Part shown: positions 46,982-57,007 of the stretch, in pieces | Layout: each line of letters opens with the position of its first letter | Position numbering within the stretch: the first letter of the stretch is position 1 | Assembly: GCA_963848295.1 (NCBI GenBank) | Contig: CAWKDB010000010.1 | Location: 608,001 to 672,000, forward strand | Reading direction: 5' to 3' | Origin: an uncultured delta proteobacterium | GTDB taxonomy: Bacteria > Myxococcota_A > Polyangia > Haliangiales > Haliangiaceae | DNA length: 64,000 nt | Notes under the pieces: generated by a model | The model's database searches: none | Told to the model about the DNA's origin: nothing | The model's input: only the letters and a program-made list of their open reading frames with translations | Translations under genes and position numbers: made by a program

Positions 46982-47082
46982 CGTTGGCGACCATATCACC
47001 GCCGGGTTCGCGTACCAGCGCCGTAGCCGAGGGACCGCACGAGCGAGCGTCTGTGCCACACCGCGCGCTTCGCGTGGCGCTG

Positions 47083-48999
47083 CTAGGCCGCTATCGGCGC
47101 GGCGAACTGCGCGTGATACAGCGCGTGATAGGCGCCGCCCGCCGCGAGCAACTGTGCGTGCGTGCCCTGCTCGACGATCCGCCCGTTTTCCATGACGAGG
47201 ATCAGGTCGGCATCGCGGATCGTCGACAGCCGGTGCGCGATCACGAAGCTCGTACGCCGCTCGCGCAGTGTCGCCATCGCCTGCTGGACGAGCACTTCGG
47301 TGCGGGTGTCGACCGACGACGTGGCTTCATCGAGGATCAGGATCGACGGGTCGGCGAGAAACGCCCGCGCGATCGTGATCAGCTGCTTCTCGCCGGTGCT
47401 GAGGTTGCTGCTCTCTTCGTCGATCACGGTGTCGTAGCCACCGGGCAGCGCGCGGACGAAGCGATCGACGTACGTCGCCTTCGCGGCGGCGAGCATGTCG
47501 GCTTCGCTCGCGGTGAGGTTTCCGTACTTGATGTTGTCGCGGATCGTGCCCCCGAACAGCCACGTGTCTTGCAACACCATCCCGAGCTTGCACCGTAGAG
47601 CCGCGCGCGGCACGGCCGCGATGTCGACGCCATCGAGCAGGATCGCGCCGGCATCGAGGTCGTAGAATCGCATCAACAGATTCACGAGCGTCGTCTTGCC
47701 CGCGCCGGTCGGCCCGACGATCGCCACGGTCTGCCCCGGCAGCGCGACGAGCGACAGCTGATCGATCAACGGAACATCGGGCTTGTACCGGAACGTCGCC
47801 GCCTCGAACCGGACCTCGCCGCGGGTCGGGCTGGGGAGCACGGCGGTCGTGCGATCCGCGGACTCGTCCGGCACGTCGAGCAACTCGAACACGCGCTCGG
47901 CCGAGGCGACGCCGGACTGCAACACGTTCGCGACCTGGGCGAGCTGGCTGAGCTGTTGCGTGAACTGGCGCGAGTACTGGATGAACGCCTGCACGCTGCC
48001 GATCAGCATCGTCCCCCACGCGATGCGCAAGCCGCCGATCACCGCGATCGCGACGTAGTTGAGGTTTCCGATGAAGTTGATCGCCGGCATGATCATGCTC
48101 GAGATGAACTGAGCGCGAAACCCGGCGGCGAACAGCTCGTCGTTCTTCGCGCGGAACTTGCCCTCGATCTCGGCGCGCCGGCCGAAAACCTTGACCAGCG
48201 CGTGTCCGGTGAACGCCTCCTCGATCTGACCGTTGAGCGCACCGACATGCTTCCACTGCGCGACGAAGCCCTTCTGTGCCCGCTTGCCGATCCGCGCGGC
48301 GAGCCCGACCGAAACCGGCACGGTGACCAGCGCGATGATCGCGAGCAACGGCGAGATCACGACGAGCATCACGAGCACGCCGATCGCGGTCAGCGCGGCG
48401 TTGAGGATCTGGCTGAGCGTCTGCTGCAGCGCCATCGCGACGTTGTCGATGTCGTTGGTGACGCGCGACAGCACCTCGCCGTGCTGCTGGCCATCGAAGT
48501 ACGACAGCGGCACGCGCATCAACTTGTCCTCGACGTCGGCGCGCAGCTTGCGCACGCTGCCTTGGACCGCGAAGTTGAGCACGTAGAGCTGCAACCACAT
48601 GAACAGCGAGGCCAGCGCATAGATGACGAGCAGCGTCGTCAATAGCTCGGCGAGCGCGTCGAGATCGAGGCCGACGCCGCTGTGCGCGTGCATCGCATCG
48701 GCCAGTTGCGTGTTCGCATGGCTACCGGCGTGAGTGCCGAGGAATCCGCGAAAGATGATGTTCGTGCCCTTGCCGAGCAGCCACGGCCCGAGGACGTTGA
48801 ACGACACCGCGACGACCGCGCACCCGATCACCACCATCAGCAGGCGCTTGTGCGGCGCGAGCCGGCCGAGCAGTCGCCGCGCCGACGCGACGAAGGTCTT
48901 GGCCTTCTGCGGCGGGCCCATGCTCATCCCCATCGGACCCCGCATCATCGGGCGCGGCGGTTGGGCCGGAGCGCTGCCGGGTGGGCGGTTCGTCGCCAT
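47083..48999 (-). CDS. Heterodimeric ABC exporter subunit (consensus Walker B)
   Basis: TMD; GPTGAGKT, LSTGEKQ, LILDEATSSVD, AHRLS. Confidence 0.93.
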   Translation of the reverse strand: MATNRPPGSAPAQPPRPMMRGPMGMSMGPPQKAKTFVASARRLLGRLAPHKRLLMVVIGCAVVAVSFNVLGPWLLGKGTNIIFRGFLGTHAGSHANTQLADAMHAHSGVGLDLDALAELLTTLLVIYALASLFMWLQLYVLNFAVQGSVRKLRADVEDKLMRVPLSYFDGQQHGEVLSRVTNDIDNVAMALQQTLSQILNAALTAIGVLVMLVVISPLLAIIALVTVPVSVGLAARIGKRAQKGFVAQWKHVGALNGQIEEAFTGHALVKVFGRRAEIEGKFRAKNDELFAAGFRAQFISSMIMPAINFIGNLNYVAIAVIGGLRIAWGTMLIGSVQAFIQYSRQFTQQLSQLAQVANVLQSGVASAERVFELLDVPDESADRTTAVLPSPTRGEVRFEAATFRYKPDVPLIDQLSLVALPGQTVAIVGPTGAGKTTLVNLLMRFYDLDAGAILLDGVDIAAVPRAALRCKLGMVLQDTWLFGGTIRDNIKYGNLTASEADMLAAAKATYVDRFVRALPGGYDTVIDEESSNLSTGEKQLITIARAFLADPSILILDEATSSVDTRTEVLVQQAMATLRERRTSFVIAHRLSTIRDADLILVMENGRIVEQGTHAQLLAAGGAYHALYHAQFAAPIAA

Positions 49000-49002
49000 G
49001 GC

Positions 49003-50739
49003 TCAGGCCGCCACGTCCTGATCTTCGGTCTGCGACGTCACGATCTCGACGTAGGTCGGGCACGTCTGCATCAGCTGCGCGTGCGTGCCCTTGCCGACGA
49101 GCTTGCCGCCGTCGAGCACGAGGATCTGCTGGGCGTTGCGGATGCTCGCCACGCGCTGCGCCACCAGGATCACCGCGGTGCTCGCGATCACCGGGGCGAG
49201 CGCGACGCGCAGCCGCGCCTCGGTCGCGAGATCGAGCGCCGAAAACGAGTCGTCGAACAGGAACACGCCGGGTTGGCGGAGCAACGCGCGCGCGATCGCG
49301 AGGCGCTGGCGCTGACCGCCGGAAACGTTTGTCCCGCCCTGCGCGATCGGTGCCTCGAGTCGCAGCGGCATCTGCTCGACGAAGTCCTTTGCCTGCGCGA
49401 TCTCCAGCGCGGCCCATAGCTGCTCGTCGGTCGCGTCGGGCTTGCCGAATCTCAAGTTGGTCGCGATCGTTCCCGAAAACAGGTATGCGCGCTGCGGCAC
49501 GACACCGATCCGCGCCCACAGCTCTTCGGGCTCGCGCTCGCGGACGTCGAGCCCGTCGACCAGCACGCTGCCCGCGGTCGGATCGCCGAGCCGCGGGATC
49601 AGCTCGAGCAGCGTGGTCTTGCCGGCGCCGGTCGATCCGATGATCGCGGTGATCTCGCCCGGCTTCGCGGTGAACGAGATGTCGGCGAGCACCGGCGCGC
49701 TCGCCCCGGGGTACTTGTACTCGACGCCGCGCAGCTCGACGACACCGGTGAGCGCACCGGGTCGCTGCGGCAGGGCCGGGGGCGCTACCGCGGGCTCGGT
49801 GTCGAGCACCTCGCAGATCCGCTCGGCGCACACCGCGGCGCGCGGGATCATGATCGACATGAACGACGTCATCATCACTGCGACCAGGATCTGCATCAGG
49901 TAGCTGAGGTATGCGGTGAGGGCGCCGATCTCGAGCGAGCCGGCGGCGATCCGCTTCGCGCCGAACCACAGCACGGCGACGCTAGAGACGTTGAACACGA
50001 GCGTGACGGTCGGCCACATGAGCGCCTGGAGCTTGCCGACCTCGATCGCGATGCCGGTGAGCTCGCCGTTCGCGCCGTCGAACCGCCTCGCCTCCGCCGG
50101 CTCCCGCACGAACGCGCGCACGACGCGCATGCCGGTGATCTGCTCGCGCAATACGCGATTGACCGTATCGATCTTCGGCTGCATCGCGCGGAACTTCGGG
50201 ATCATCCGGCTGATGATGAAACCGATGCTGCCGGCGAGCACCGGGATCGCGACGAGGAGCAGCCGCGACAGCGTCAGGTCATCGCGCAACGCCATCACGA
50301 TCCCGCCGACGCACATGATCGGCGCCATCACGAGCATCGTCGCGGTCATCAGCACGAACATCTGGATCTGCTGGACGTCGTTCGTCGTGCGAGTGATCAA
50401 CGACGGCGCGCCGAGCTTGCCGACCTCGCGCGCCGACAACCGACCGACGTGATGAAACACCACGTCGCGCAGATCTCGACCGTAGCCCAAGGCGACGCGC
50501 GCCCCGAAGTACACCGCCGCGATCGAGCAGACGACCTGTGCCGCCGCGATCGCGAGCATCACCCCGCCCCACCTCAGCACGTAGCCGGTGTCGCCGGTCG
50601 CGACGCCGCGGTCGATGATGTCGCCGTTGATGCTCGGTAGGAACAGCGTGCCGGTGACTGCGAGCAGCTGGAGCCCGACGAGCGCGATCAGCGGCCGCTT
50701 GAACGGCGCGAGGTACACGCGGAGCAGGCGCCACAGCAC
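49003..50739 (-). CDS. Heterodimeric ABC exporter subunit (degenerate site)
   Basis: GSTGAGKT, VSGGQRQ, FDDSFSALD (Glu to Asp), AQR (His to Gln): TM287/288-like pattern. Confidence 0.93.
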   Translation of the reverse strand: MLWRLLRVYLAPFKRPLIALVGLQLLAVTGTLFLPSINGDIIDRGVATGDTGYVLRWGGVMLAIAAAQVVCSIAAVYFGARVALGYGRDLRDVVFHHVGRLSAREVGKLGAPSLITRTTNDVQQIQMFVLMTATMLVMAPIMCVGGIVMALRDDLTLSRLLLVAIPVLAGSIGFIISRMIPKFRAMQPKIDTVNRVLREQITGMRVVRAFVREPAEARRFDGANGELTGIAIEVGKLQALMWPTVTLVFNVSSVAVLWFGAKRIAAGSLEIGALTAYLSYLMQILVAVMMTSFMSIMIPRAAVCAERICEVLDTEPAVAPPALPQRPGALTGVVELRGVEYKYPGASAPVLADISFTAKPGEITAIIGSTGAGKTTLLELIPRLGDPTAGSVLVDGLDVREREPEELWARIGVVPQRAYLFSGTIATNLRFGKPDATDEQLWAALEIAQAKDFVEQMPLRLEAPIAQGGTNVSGGQRQRLAIARALLRQPGVFLFDDSFSALDLATEARLRVALAPVIASTAVILVAQRVASIRNAQQILVLDGGKLVGKGTHAQLMQTCPTYVEIVTSQTEDQDVAA

Positions 50740-51014
50740 ATGTCCTTGCTAACCGAGCCAGCGACGAAGGGCAATGTCCGGAACGGCGCCGACGTGTGAA
50801 TAAACCTGACGCGAAGTTGATAGGATCGGTTCGATGCAACGGGCGGCGGTTTGTGCGATCTTCATCGTGGGATCAGGGGCGTGCACCGCCCGCTCGCAGC
50901 CGTTACTTGCGGCGACGATGCTGCTTGATCGGCCTGCCCGCGGCGGAGTCCGCGAAAATACGTGGCCGCCGGTTTGCGACCACGGGCGGCCATCGGCGTA
51001 GCGTACGCGAACCT

Positions 51015-53267
51015 ATGGGTCATCGTTTTCATTTCTTCCGTGCGGGTGGCGTCGACCAGGTCAGCATCCGCGACGGCGCGGACATGCTCGGCCTGAGCGA
51101 GCTCGATCAGAAGCTGTGGGTCGCACTCGCCATGCCGACCAAGGGCGTCGCGCTGGATGCCGCGATGCTCGGCGCGCTCGATCTCGATGGCGATGGCCGG
51201 ATCCGCGTGCAGGACCTCCTCGCCGCGATCGCGTGGGCCAAGGCGACGTTCACGAAGCCGGGCGAGCTGCTGACCACCGCAGATTCGGTCGCGCTCGCCG
51301 CGATCAAAGACGAAGCGATCGTCGCCGCGGCCAAGCGCATGCTCGGCGATCTCGGCAAGCCGACGTCGACGTCGATCTCCGTCGAGGACACCACCGCGAT
51401 CAACAAGGCGTTCGCCGAGACCGTGCTCAACGGCGACTCGATCGTGATCCCGACGTCGACCGATAACGCGGAGCTCAAGCACGTCATCGACGACATCGTC
51501 GCGTCGATCGGCAGCGCGGTCGATCGCAGCGGCAAGCCGGGCGTGGACCAGGCGCTCGCCGATGCGTTCTTCGCAGCGGTCGACGAGCGCGCGAAGTGGA
51601 TCGCCGCGGGTCGCGCGGGGCTCGCGCCGCTCGGCGAGCTGACCGGCGAAGCCGCCGCCGCCACCGTCGCCGTGCGCGCGAAGATCGAAGACTATTTCAC
51701 CCGCTGCCGGGTCGCGGCCTTCGACAGCCGCGGCATCGACGCACTCGGCGGCACACCGGAAGAGCTCGCCGCGCTCGGCGCGCGCAGCTTGACCGCGAGC
51801 GACGAGCTCCTCGCGCAGCTCCCGCTCGCGAAGATCGAACCGAGCGCGCGACTCCCCCTCGCGACCGGCATCAACCCGGCGTGGGCGAGCCGGATGGCGG
51901 CGTTCGCGAACGCTGCGGTCGTACCGGTGCTCGGTCAACGCGACGCGATCACGATCGACGACTTCGCTGCGATCGCCCACAAGCTCGCGCCGTATCAAGC
52001 CTGGCTCGATGCCAAGCCGGTGACCAAGGTCGACGCGCTCGAGGCCGCTTGGATCGAGCGGCTCGCCGCGCCCGAGCTGCGCGCCGAGCTGACCAAGCTG
52101 ATCGCCGCCGACGGAGCGCTCGCCGCCGAATACGCGCAGATCAGCGCGGTCACGAAGGCGGTGCTGATGCGCCGCGACTTCGGCCGCGTGCTGCGCAACT
52201 TCGTCAACTTCTCCGACTTCTACGGCAAGCAGGACGGCGTGTTCCAAGCTGGCACGCTCTATCTCGACGCGCGCGCGCTTCACCTGTGCGTGGCGGTCAC
52301 CGACGCCGGCAAGCACGCCGCGCTCGCGACCGCATCGGACGCGGCGCTCATCTACTGCGAGATCTCGCGCAAGGGCGAGACCAAGCAGATCGCGGCGGCG
52401 CTGACCAACGGCGACGCCGATAACCTGTTCGTCGGTCGCAACGGCATCTTCTACGATCGCGACGGCAACGATTGGGACGCGACGATCACCAAGATGATCA
52501 ACGCCCCGATCAGCGTGCGCGCCGCGTTCTGGTCGCCGTACAAGAAGCTGGTCAAGGCGATCGAGGACAACGTCAACAAGCGAGCGCAGGCGGCCGACGC
52601 GGCCGCGAACGCGCGGGTCGAAGCCACCGGCGCGGACGTCGCGAACGCGGACAAGAAGGCACTCGCCGAGGCCGAGGCGCCGGTGCCCGTTCCCGCGGCC
52701 GCGGCGCCACCGGAAGGCCCGAAGAAGATCGATCTCGGGACGATCGCTGCCCTCGGCGTCGCGATCGGTGGCATCGGCACGCTCGTCGGGGCGCTGATGG
52801 TCACGCTGTTCGGTCTCGGCCCGTGGCTGCCGTTCGGCCTGGTCGCGATCATGCTGATGATCTCGGGCCCGGCGATGTTGCTCGCGTGGCTCAAGCTACG
52901 CCGCCGCAACCTCGGGCCGATCCTCGACGCGAACGGCTGGGCGATCAACGGCCGCGCTCGGATCAACGTCGCGTTCGGCGCCGCGATGACCGAGCTACCG
53001 AAGCTGCCGGACGGTGCGAAGCGCTCGCTCGACGATCCGTTCGCCGACGCGAAGACGCCGTGGCGCCGCTGGGTCGTGCTGATCGTCGTGCTCGGCCTCG
53101 CCGGCGGTTGGTACCTCGGCAAGCTCGACGACTACTTGCCGGCCGACGCCACGTCGATCGCGGTGCTCGGCACGAGCGCGCCGGCGTTCAAGAAGCTGAA
53201 GGCGACGATCGAGCAACCGATCGGGCACGCCGCGCCCGCTCCCGCGGCACCGGCGAAGCCTCATTAG
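51015..53267 (+). CDS. Large uncharacterised membrane protein with EF-hand-like loop
   Basis: F-x-F-x-R-x-GG-x-DQV, LDQKLW-x-AL-x-x-P, DLDGDGRIRVQD, C-terminal TM helices, R-x-LGP-x-LDANGWA-x-N. Confidence 0.75.
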   Translation: MGHRFHFFRAGGVDQVSIRDGADMLGLSELDQKLWVALAMPTKGVALDAAMLGALDLDGDGRIRVQDLLAAIAWAKATFTKPGELLTTADSVALAAIKDEAIVAAAKRMLGDLGKPTSTSISVEDTTAINKAFAETVLNGDSIVIPTSTDNAELKHVIDDIVASIGSAVDRSGKPGVDQALADAFFAAVDERAKWIAAGRAGLAPLGELTGEAAAATVAVRAKIEDYFTRCRVAAFDSRGIDALGGTPEELAALGARSLTASDELLAQLPLAKIEPSARLPLATGINPAWASRMAAFANAAVVPVLGQRDAITIDDFAAIAHKLAPYQAWLDAKPVTKVDALEAAWIERLAAPELRAELTKLIAADGALAAEYAQISAVTKAVLMRRDFGRVLRNFVNFSDFYGKQDGVFQAGTLYLDARALHLCVAVTDAGKHAALATASDAALIYCEISRKGETKQIAAALTNGDADNLFVGRNGIFYDRDGNDWDATITKMINAPISVRAAFWSPYKKLVKAIEDNVNKRAQAADAAANARVEATGADVANADKKALAEAEAPVPVPAAAAPPEGPKKIDLGTIAALGVAIGGIGTLVGALMVTLFGLGPWLPFGLVAIMLMISGPAMLLAWLKLRRRNLGPILDANGWAINGRARINVAFGAAMTELPKLPDGAKRSLDDPFADAKTPWRRWVVLIVVLGLAGGWYLGKLDDYLPADATSIAVLGTSAPAFKKLKATIEQPIGHAAPAPAAPAKPH

Positions 53268-53270
53268 GCC

Positions 53271-53453
53271 TTAGTAGCCGGCGGCCGGAGCCGCGCTGCC
53301 GCTGCCGCTGCCGCTGCCCGCGCCACCGTAGCCCGAGCCCCCCATCGCGGCCGAGCCCGACTTCGTGTCCGGGGCGTTCGCCTTCTTGTTCTTGCCGCCA
53401 CAGGCGCCGACCACAGTCGCCGCGAGGATCGCGATCACGAGGAGCTTCTTCAT
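53271..53453 (-). CDS. Small Gly/Ser-rich lipoprotein (60 aa)
   Basis: MKKLLVIAILAATVVGAC lipobox; GSGSGSGS tail. Confidence 0.7.
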   Translation of the reverse strand: MKKLLVIAILAATVVGACGGKNKKANAPDTKSGSAAMGGSGYGGAGSGSGSGSAAPAAGY

Positions 53454-53467
53454 CGCCGCCGACGCTA

Positions 53468-54508
53468 TCACGGATACGGCGAGACCGGCTTGGCGCTTGC
53501 CGGTGGAGGTGGCGGCGCGGTTGGTTGCGGCTGGTCGCACTCGGGCCCGATCCGGGTCGCGGCGGTGTACGCCTCGGGCGGCGCCGCAACCCAGGTCACG
53601 CGATGGCCGAGCGTCGCGCCGGTCGCCGCGAGATCGTACGAGGCGTACTCGCCCGCTCCGTACGCCATCGCGACCTTCGCGCCGCCGCGATCGGCGAGCA
53701 CCGCGGCGAGCGTCAATGGATGGGTCGGATCGTCGTCGAGCTTGACCGGCATACCGCCAGCACCCGGTACGAAAAATCCGCTCCAGGTCTCGTCCGGCCA
53801 CTCGCACTGCGTCGCAGGATCGGCGGTGGTCGGCACCTGCAGCCAGTTCACCGCCCCGCCCCACGCCGCCGGTTGATTGCCCACGTCGATCTGGATGAAC
53901 GCCCACAGCATCTCGCAGCCCGGAGCCTTGCACTCGTGCGTCGGCACGCTGGGCGCGAGCACCGCCGGGATCGCGGTCTCTTGCGTCGGCCGATGCCAAT
54001 GGTGCTGCTCGTCCATCTGGCCGAGACGAGACGCGATCGGATGCGGCACCGCGACCGTGCACTCGCTCGGCGGTTGCGCGGAGATCAGCGCGAGCGCCTC
54101 TTCGTCATTCTGCGGCGCGGCGCAACCTTCGAGCTCGACGCCATAGGCGCGGTTAGGCGGCTCGTCGAACTTCGCGGCGTAGTAGCCCGCGGCCGTGGCC
54201 TTGCACGGCGGCGAGCCGGGCAGGATCAGCCACACGCTCGCCGGTGCGGCCGGTACGCCCGCCGCCTGCGCCGAGGCCGGATCGATCTTGACGTAGTCGG
54301 GCAGGTTCGCGGTCGAAGCGAGCTTCGCGTCGAACAGCGGCAGCACCCAGCCTGTATGGACCTGCTCCTTCAAGTAGTACGCGACGTACGTGTTCGCGGC
54401 GGTCGGGCAGCCGACCCCGGGCACCGGCGGACCGCCTTCGCCGCGAGGACCAGCGGGCGGCGGGCACGCCGCGAGGACGACGAGCGCGAACGGGGCGAGA
54501 CGAACCAT
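53468..54508 (-). CDS. Hypothetical Cys/Pro-rich lipoprotein
   Basis: Lipobox LAAC; multiple Cys. Confidence 0.7.
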   Translation of the reverse strand: MVRLAPFALVVLAACPPPAGPRGEGGPPVPGVGCPTAANTYVAYYLKEQVHTGWVLPLFDAKLASTANLPDYVKIDPASAQAAGVPAAPASVWLILPGSPPCKATAAGYYAAKFDEPPNRAYGVELEGCAAPQNDEEALALISAQPPSECTVAVPHPIASRLGQMDEQHHWHRPTQETAIPAVLAPSVPTHECKAPGCEMLWAFIQIDVGNQPAAWGGAVNWLQVPTTADPATQCEWPDETWSGFFVPGAGGMPVKLDDDPTHPLTLAAVLADRGGAKVAMAYGAGEYASYDLAATGATLGHRVTWVAAPPEAYTAATRIGPECDQPQPTAPPPPPASAKPVSPYP

Positions 54509-54522
54509 ACCCGAACGATAAC

Positions 54523-54963
54523 TCAATCGCGGGGCGCGAGCCGCTCGAGTGCGGCGCGCATCCGATCCGGAATCGCGACCGGCCGGCGGTGCGCGCGATC
54601 GACGAACACGTGGACGAAGTGGCCGTGCGCAGCGGCGAGCGGCTCGCGGCCGAACAAGGCGACGCCGTACGTGACCGATCGCGCGCCCAGCTTGTCGACC
54701 CGCACGCCCGCGACGAGCTCCTCGGGATAGGTCACCGCCGCGTGAAACTGGCAGTGCGATTCGACGACCACGCCGATCACGTCGCCGCTCGCGATCTCGA
54801 GGCCGGCTTCGCGGATCAGATACAGGTTCGCGGCGGAATCGAAGTAGCTGTAGTAGGTGACGTTGTTGACGTGACCGTAGATGTCGTTGTCGCTCCACCG
54901 CGTCGTGATCGGCGCGTGAAACGGATACTCGGCGGCGGTCGGCCGGGCGCGAGGCTCGCTCAC
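54523..54963 (-). CDS. Acyl-CoA thioesterase (4HBT/YbgC hotdog family)
   Basis: [22 protein letters not shown]. Confidence 0.9.
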   Translation of the reverse strand: MSEPRARPTAAEYPFHAPITTRWSDNDIYGHVNNVTYYSYFDSAANLYLIREAGLEIASGDVIGVVVESHCQFHAAVTYPEELVAGVRVDKLGARSVTYGVALFGREPLAAAHGHFVHVFVDRAHRRPVAIPDRMRAALERLAPRD

Positions 54964-56312
54964 CAGTACTCCAGCGCGCGCGCGAACAGCGCTTCGAGCT
55001 CGGGCTCGCCGATCGGCAGCGGCGCGTTGCCGAGCAAGCGCTGTTGCGGCGCCGCCCCCGCGACGAGCGCCGGGACATCGGCGGCGCGATAGCCGACCGC
55101 GTGCAGGCCGTTCGGGATCGCGATCGATCGCATCATCGCGATCACGGCCGCCGCGAGGCGCTCGCCGGCCTCCCGCTCGGTCGCGCCGCGAACGTCGCCG
55201 CCGAGCAGCGCCGCCGCTTCGAGGTGGCGAGCCGGCGACGTCGCTCCCGTCGCGCGAAACACCGCGGGCGCGGCGATCGCGACCGCCATCCCATGCGGCA
55301 CCAACCCGGATGTGCCAGGGCGCGCGGCAACGCGTCGCGCTGCGGACGGTAGATCGAGCGGCGCATCGGGATAACCGGGCGAGCGAAACTCGCGGACCTG
55401 GCCCGCGATCGCGTACGCCATCGCATGTGGCACGTGGACACCCGCGTTGCCGAACGCGATGCCGGCGAGCGTAGCCGCCCACATCATCTGCTCGCGCGCA
55501 CCGCGATCGCCGGCGACCGCGGCCGCGAGGTGTGCGCCGCACAGCCGCAGCGCTTCGCGACAACCGAGATCGCTCCACGGATTCGCGCCTTGGCTCGCCG
55601 GGCGAGCCAGTGGGCTGGCCGGCGCCGCGCGCGTCGCAAACCCGCGCGCGGTGAACGATTCGATGGCGTGACACAGCACGTCCATCCCGCTCGCCGCGAC
55701 GACCTGGGACGGCAAGGTCTGCGCGACGCGCGGATCGATCACCGCCTCGCTCGGCCGCAACCGCGGCGAGCTGATCCCGGTCTTCGCGCGACGCGCATGC
55801 CAGTCGAAGATCGCGATGCCGGTGACCTCGCTGCCGGTGCCCGAGGTCGTCGGACATGCGATGTGCGGCGCGAGCGGACCGGGGACCGCGCGGCCCTCGC
55901 CGAGCGGGGCGTTGACATAGGCTTCGAGCGCCGCCGGATACGTCGCGTAGAGGTTCGCGGCCTTCGCCGTGTCGATCGCCGAGCCGCCGCCGAGCGAGAC
56001 GTAGCCGTCGGGCCTCGCGTCGCGGGCGAACCGGATCGCGTCGTCCCATGAGGCTTCGGTCGGCTCGATCGCGACCGCATCGAACACGCACGGCTCGATT
56101 TCGGCGGCGCGCAGCGAGGCGAGCAGCTCGTCGCACCACGGCAACGCGCGGACGCGCGGATCGGTGATGACCGCGGCGCGGCGCATCCCGAGTGCTGCGG
56201 CACGCGGTCCGACTTCGGCGAGCGCGCCCAGGCCGAAGGTCACGCGCGACGCATCGATCGTGAACGCGGTGTCGCAGCCCGCGCTGACGGCCGCGAGGTG
56301 CGCGCACGTCAC
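54960..56312 (-). CDS. Hydroxyacid-oxoacid transhydrogenase (Fe-ADH family)
   Basis: GGGS-x-IDT-x-[11 protein letters not shown]-x-x-x-HA-x-ES, FGNAGVH-x-x-H, VPHG. Confidence 0.88.
   Translation of the reverse strand: MTCAHLAAVSAGCDTAFTIDASRVTFGLGALAEVGPRAAALGMRRAAVITDPRVRALPWCDELLASLRAAEIEPCVFDAVAIEPTEASWDDAIRFARDARPDGYVSLGGGSAIDTAKAANLYATYPAALEAYVNAPLGEGRAVPGPLAPHIACPTTSGTGSEVTGIAIFDWHARRAKTGISSPRLRPSEAVIDPRVAQTLPSQVVAASGMDVLCHAIESFTARGFATRAAPASPLARPASQGANPWSDLGCREALRLCGAHLAAAVAGDRGAREQMMWAATLAGIAFGNAGVHVPHAMAYAIAGQVREFRSPGYPDAPLDLPSAARRVAARPGTSGLVPHGMAVAIAAPAVFRATGATSPARHLEAAALLGGDVRGATEREAGERLAAAVIAMMRSIAIPNGLHAVGYRAADVPALVAGAAPQQRLLGNAPLPIGEPELEALFARALEYW
55302..55356 (-). repeat. Probable in-frame 54-nt double-hairpin element in the transhydrogenase gene
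   Basis: Starts CGATCTACC; stems GCAGCGCG/CGCGTTGC and CCCTGG/CCGGG; encodes [18 protein letters not shown] between PL and VPHG. Confidence 0.5.
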
Positions 56313-56314
56313 GG

Positions 56315-56941
56315 TCAGTTCTCCGCGACGCCGAGGTAGCGCGTGACCAGCAGCGTCGCCTCGTCGATCAACCTCGGGTCGCGGAGCCGGGCGTGGTCGA
56401 GCAGCGCGGCGCGATGGATGATCGCTTCGATCGCCGACACGATCACGTACGACGCCAGGTCCGGGTCGCGAATCGCGAGCTCGCGCTGGCGCAGCGCGAG
56501 GATGCCGGCGACCATCCGGTGAGTCAGCGCATCGTTCTCGCGCAGCTTCGCGAGGCGACCCACGCGCGGCAGCTGCTCGGTCAGCATGCGATGGAGCTCC
56601 GGATCGATCGCGTGCGCTCGGATCGTCAGCTCGATCACCCGGCGCACTGCCGCGGCCATCGGCAGCTGCGCGACCGCCGCCAGCTCGGCGAGCACCGCGG
56701 CGTTCATGTCTTCCATGTGGCGCTCGAACAGCGCACCGACGAGCGACTCTTTGTTCGGGAAGTATTGGTAGAGCGACCCGATCGACACGCCCGCCGCCGC
56801 CGCGACTCCGTTCGTGGTCAAGCCGTCGTAGCCGACTTTGATCAGAACCCGAGCGGTCGCTTCGAGGATCGTGTCGACCGTCGCCTTGCTGCGCTCCTGG
56901 CGCGGGTGTTTACGAGGCGTGGTCCGGACTTGGCGGGTCAT
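56315..56941 (-). CDS. TetR/AcrR family regulator
   Basis: RK-x-P-x-Q-x-RS...[15 protein letters not shown]. Confidence 0.93.
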   Translation of the reverse strand: MTRQVRTTPRKHPRQERSKATVDTILEATARVLIKVGYDGLTTNGVAAAAGVSIGSLYQYFPNKESLVGALFERHMEDMNAAVLAELAAVAQLPMAAAVRRVIELTIRAHAIDPELHRMLTEQLPRVGRLAKLRENDALTHRMVAGILALRQRELAIRDPDLASYVIVSAIEAIIHRAALLDHARLRDPRLIDEATLLVTRYLGVAEN

Positions 56942-56981
56942 GGTGAGCTCGATGGGGTGCGGGGATCGAACGCGAGTAGAC

Positions 56982-57003
56982 AATGTGAGCGAACGCTCGC
57001 ATT
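56982..57003. promoter_or_regulatory. Near-perfect inverted repeat, probable TetR operator
   Basis: AATGTGAGCG-AA-CGCTCGCATT (9/10), preceded by a related half-site AACGCGAGT. Confidence 0.7.
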
Positions 57004-57007
57004 TTGG

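Noticed and set aside
47042..47058. TGGCAC sigma54-like motif upstream of encFtn
   Set aside because: Spacing is GG-N11-GC, one base off the strictly required GG-N10-GC.
54523..54963. Thioesterase as the missing ApeK
   Set aside because: It lies 16 kb from the cluster and is coupled to the transhydrogenase gene; no evidence of a link.
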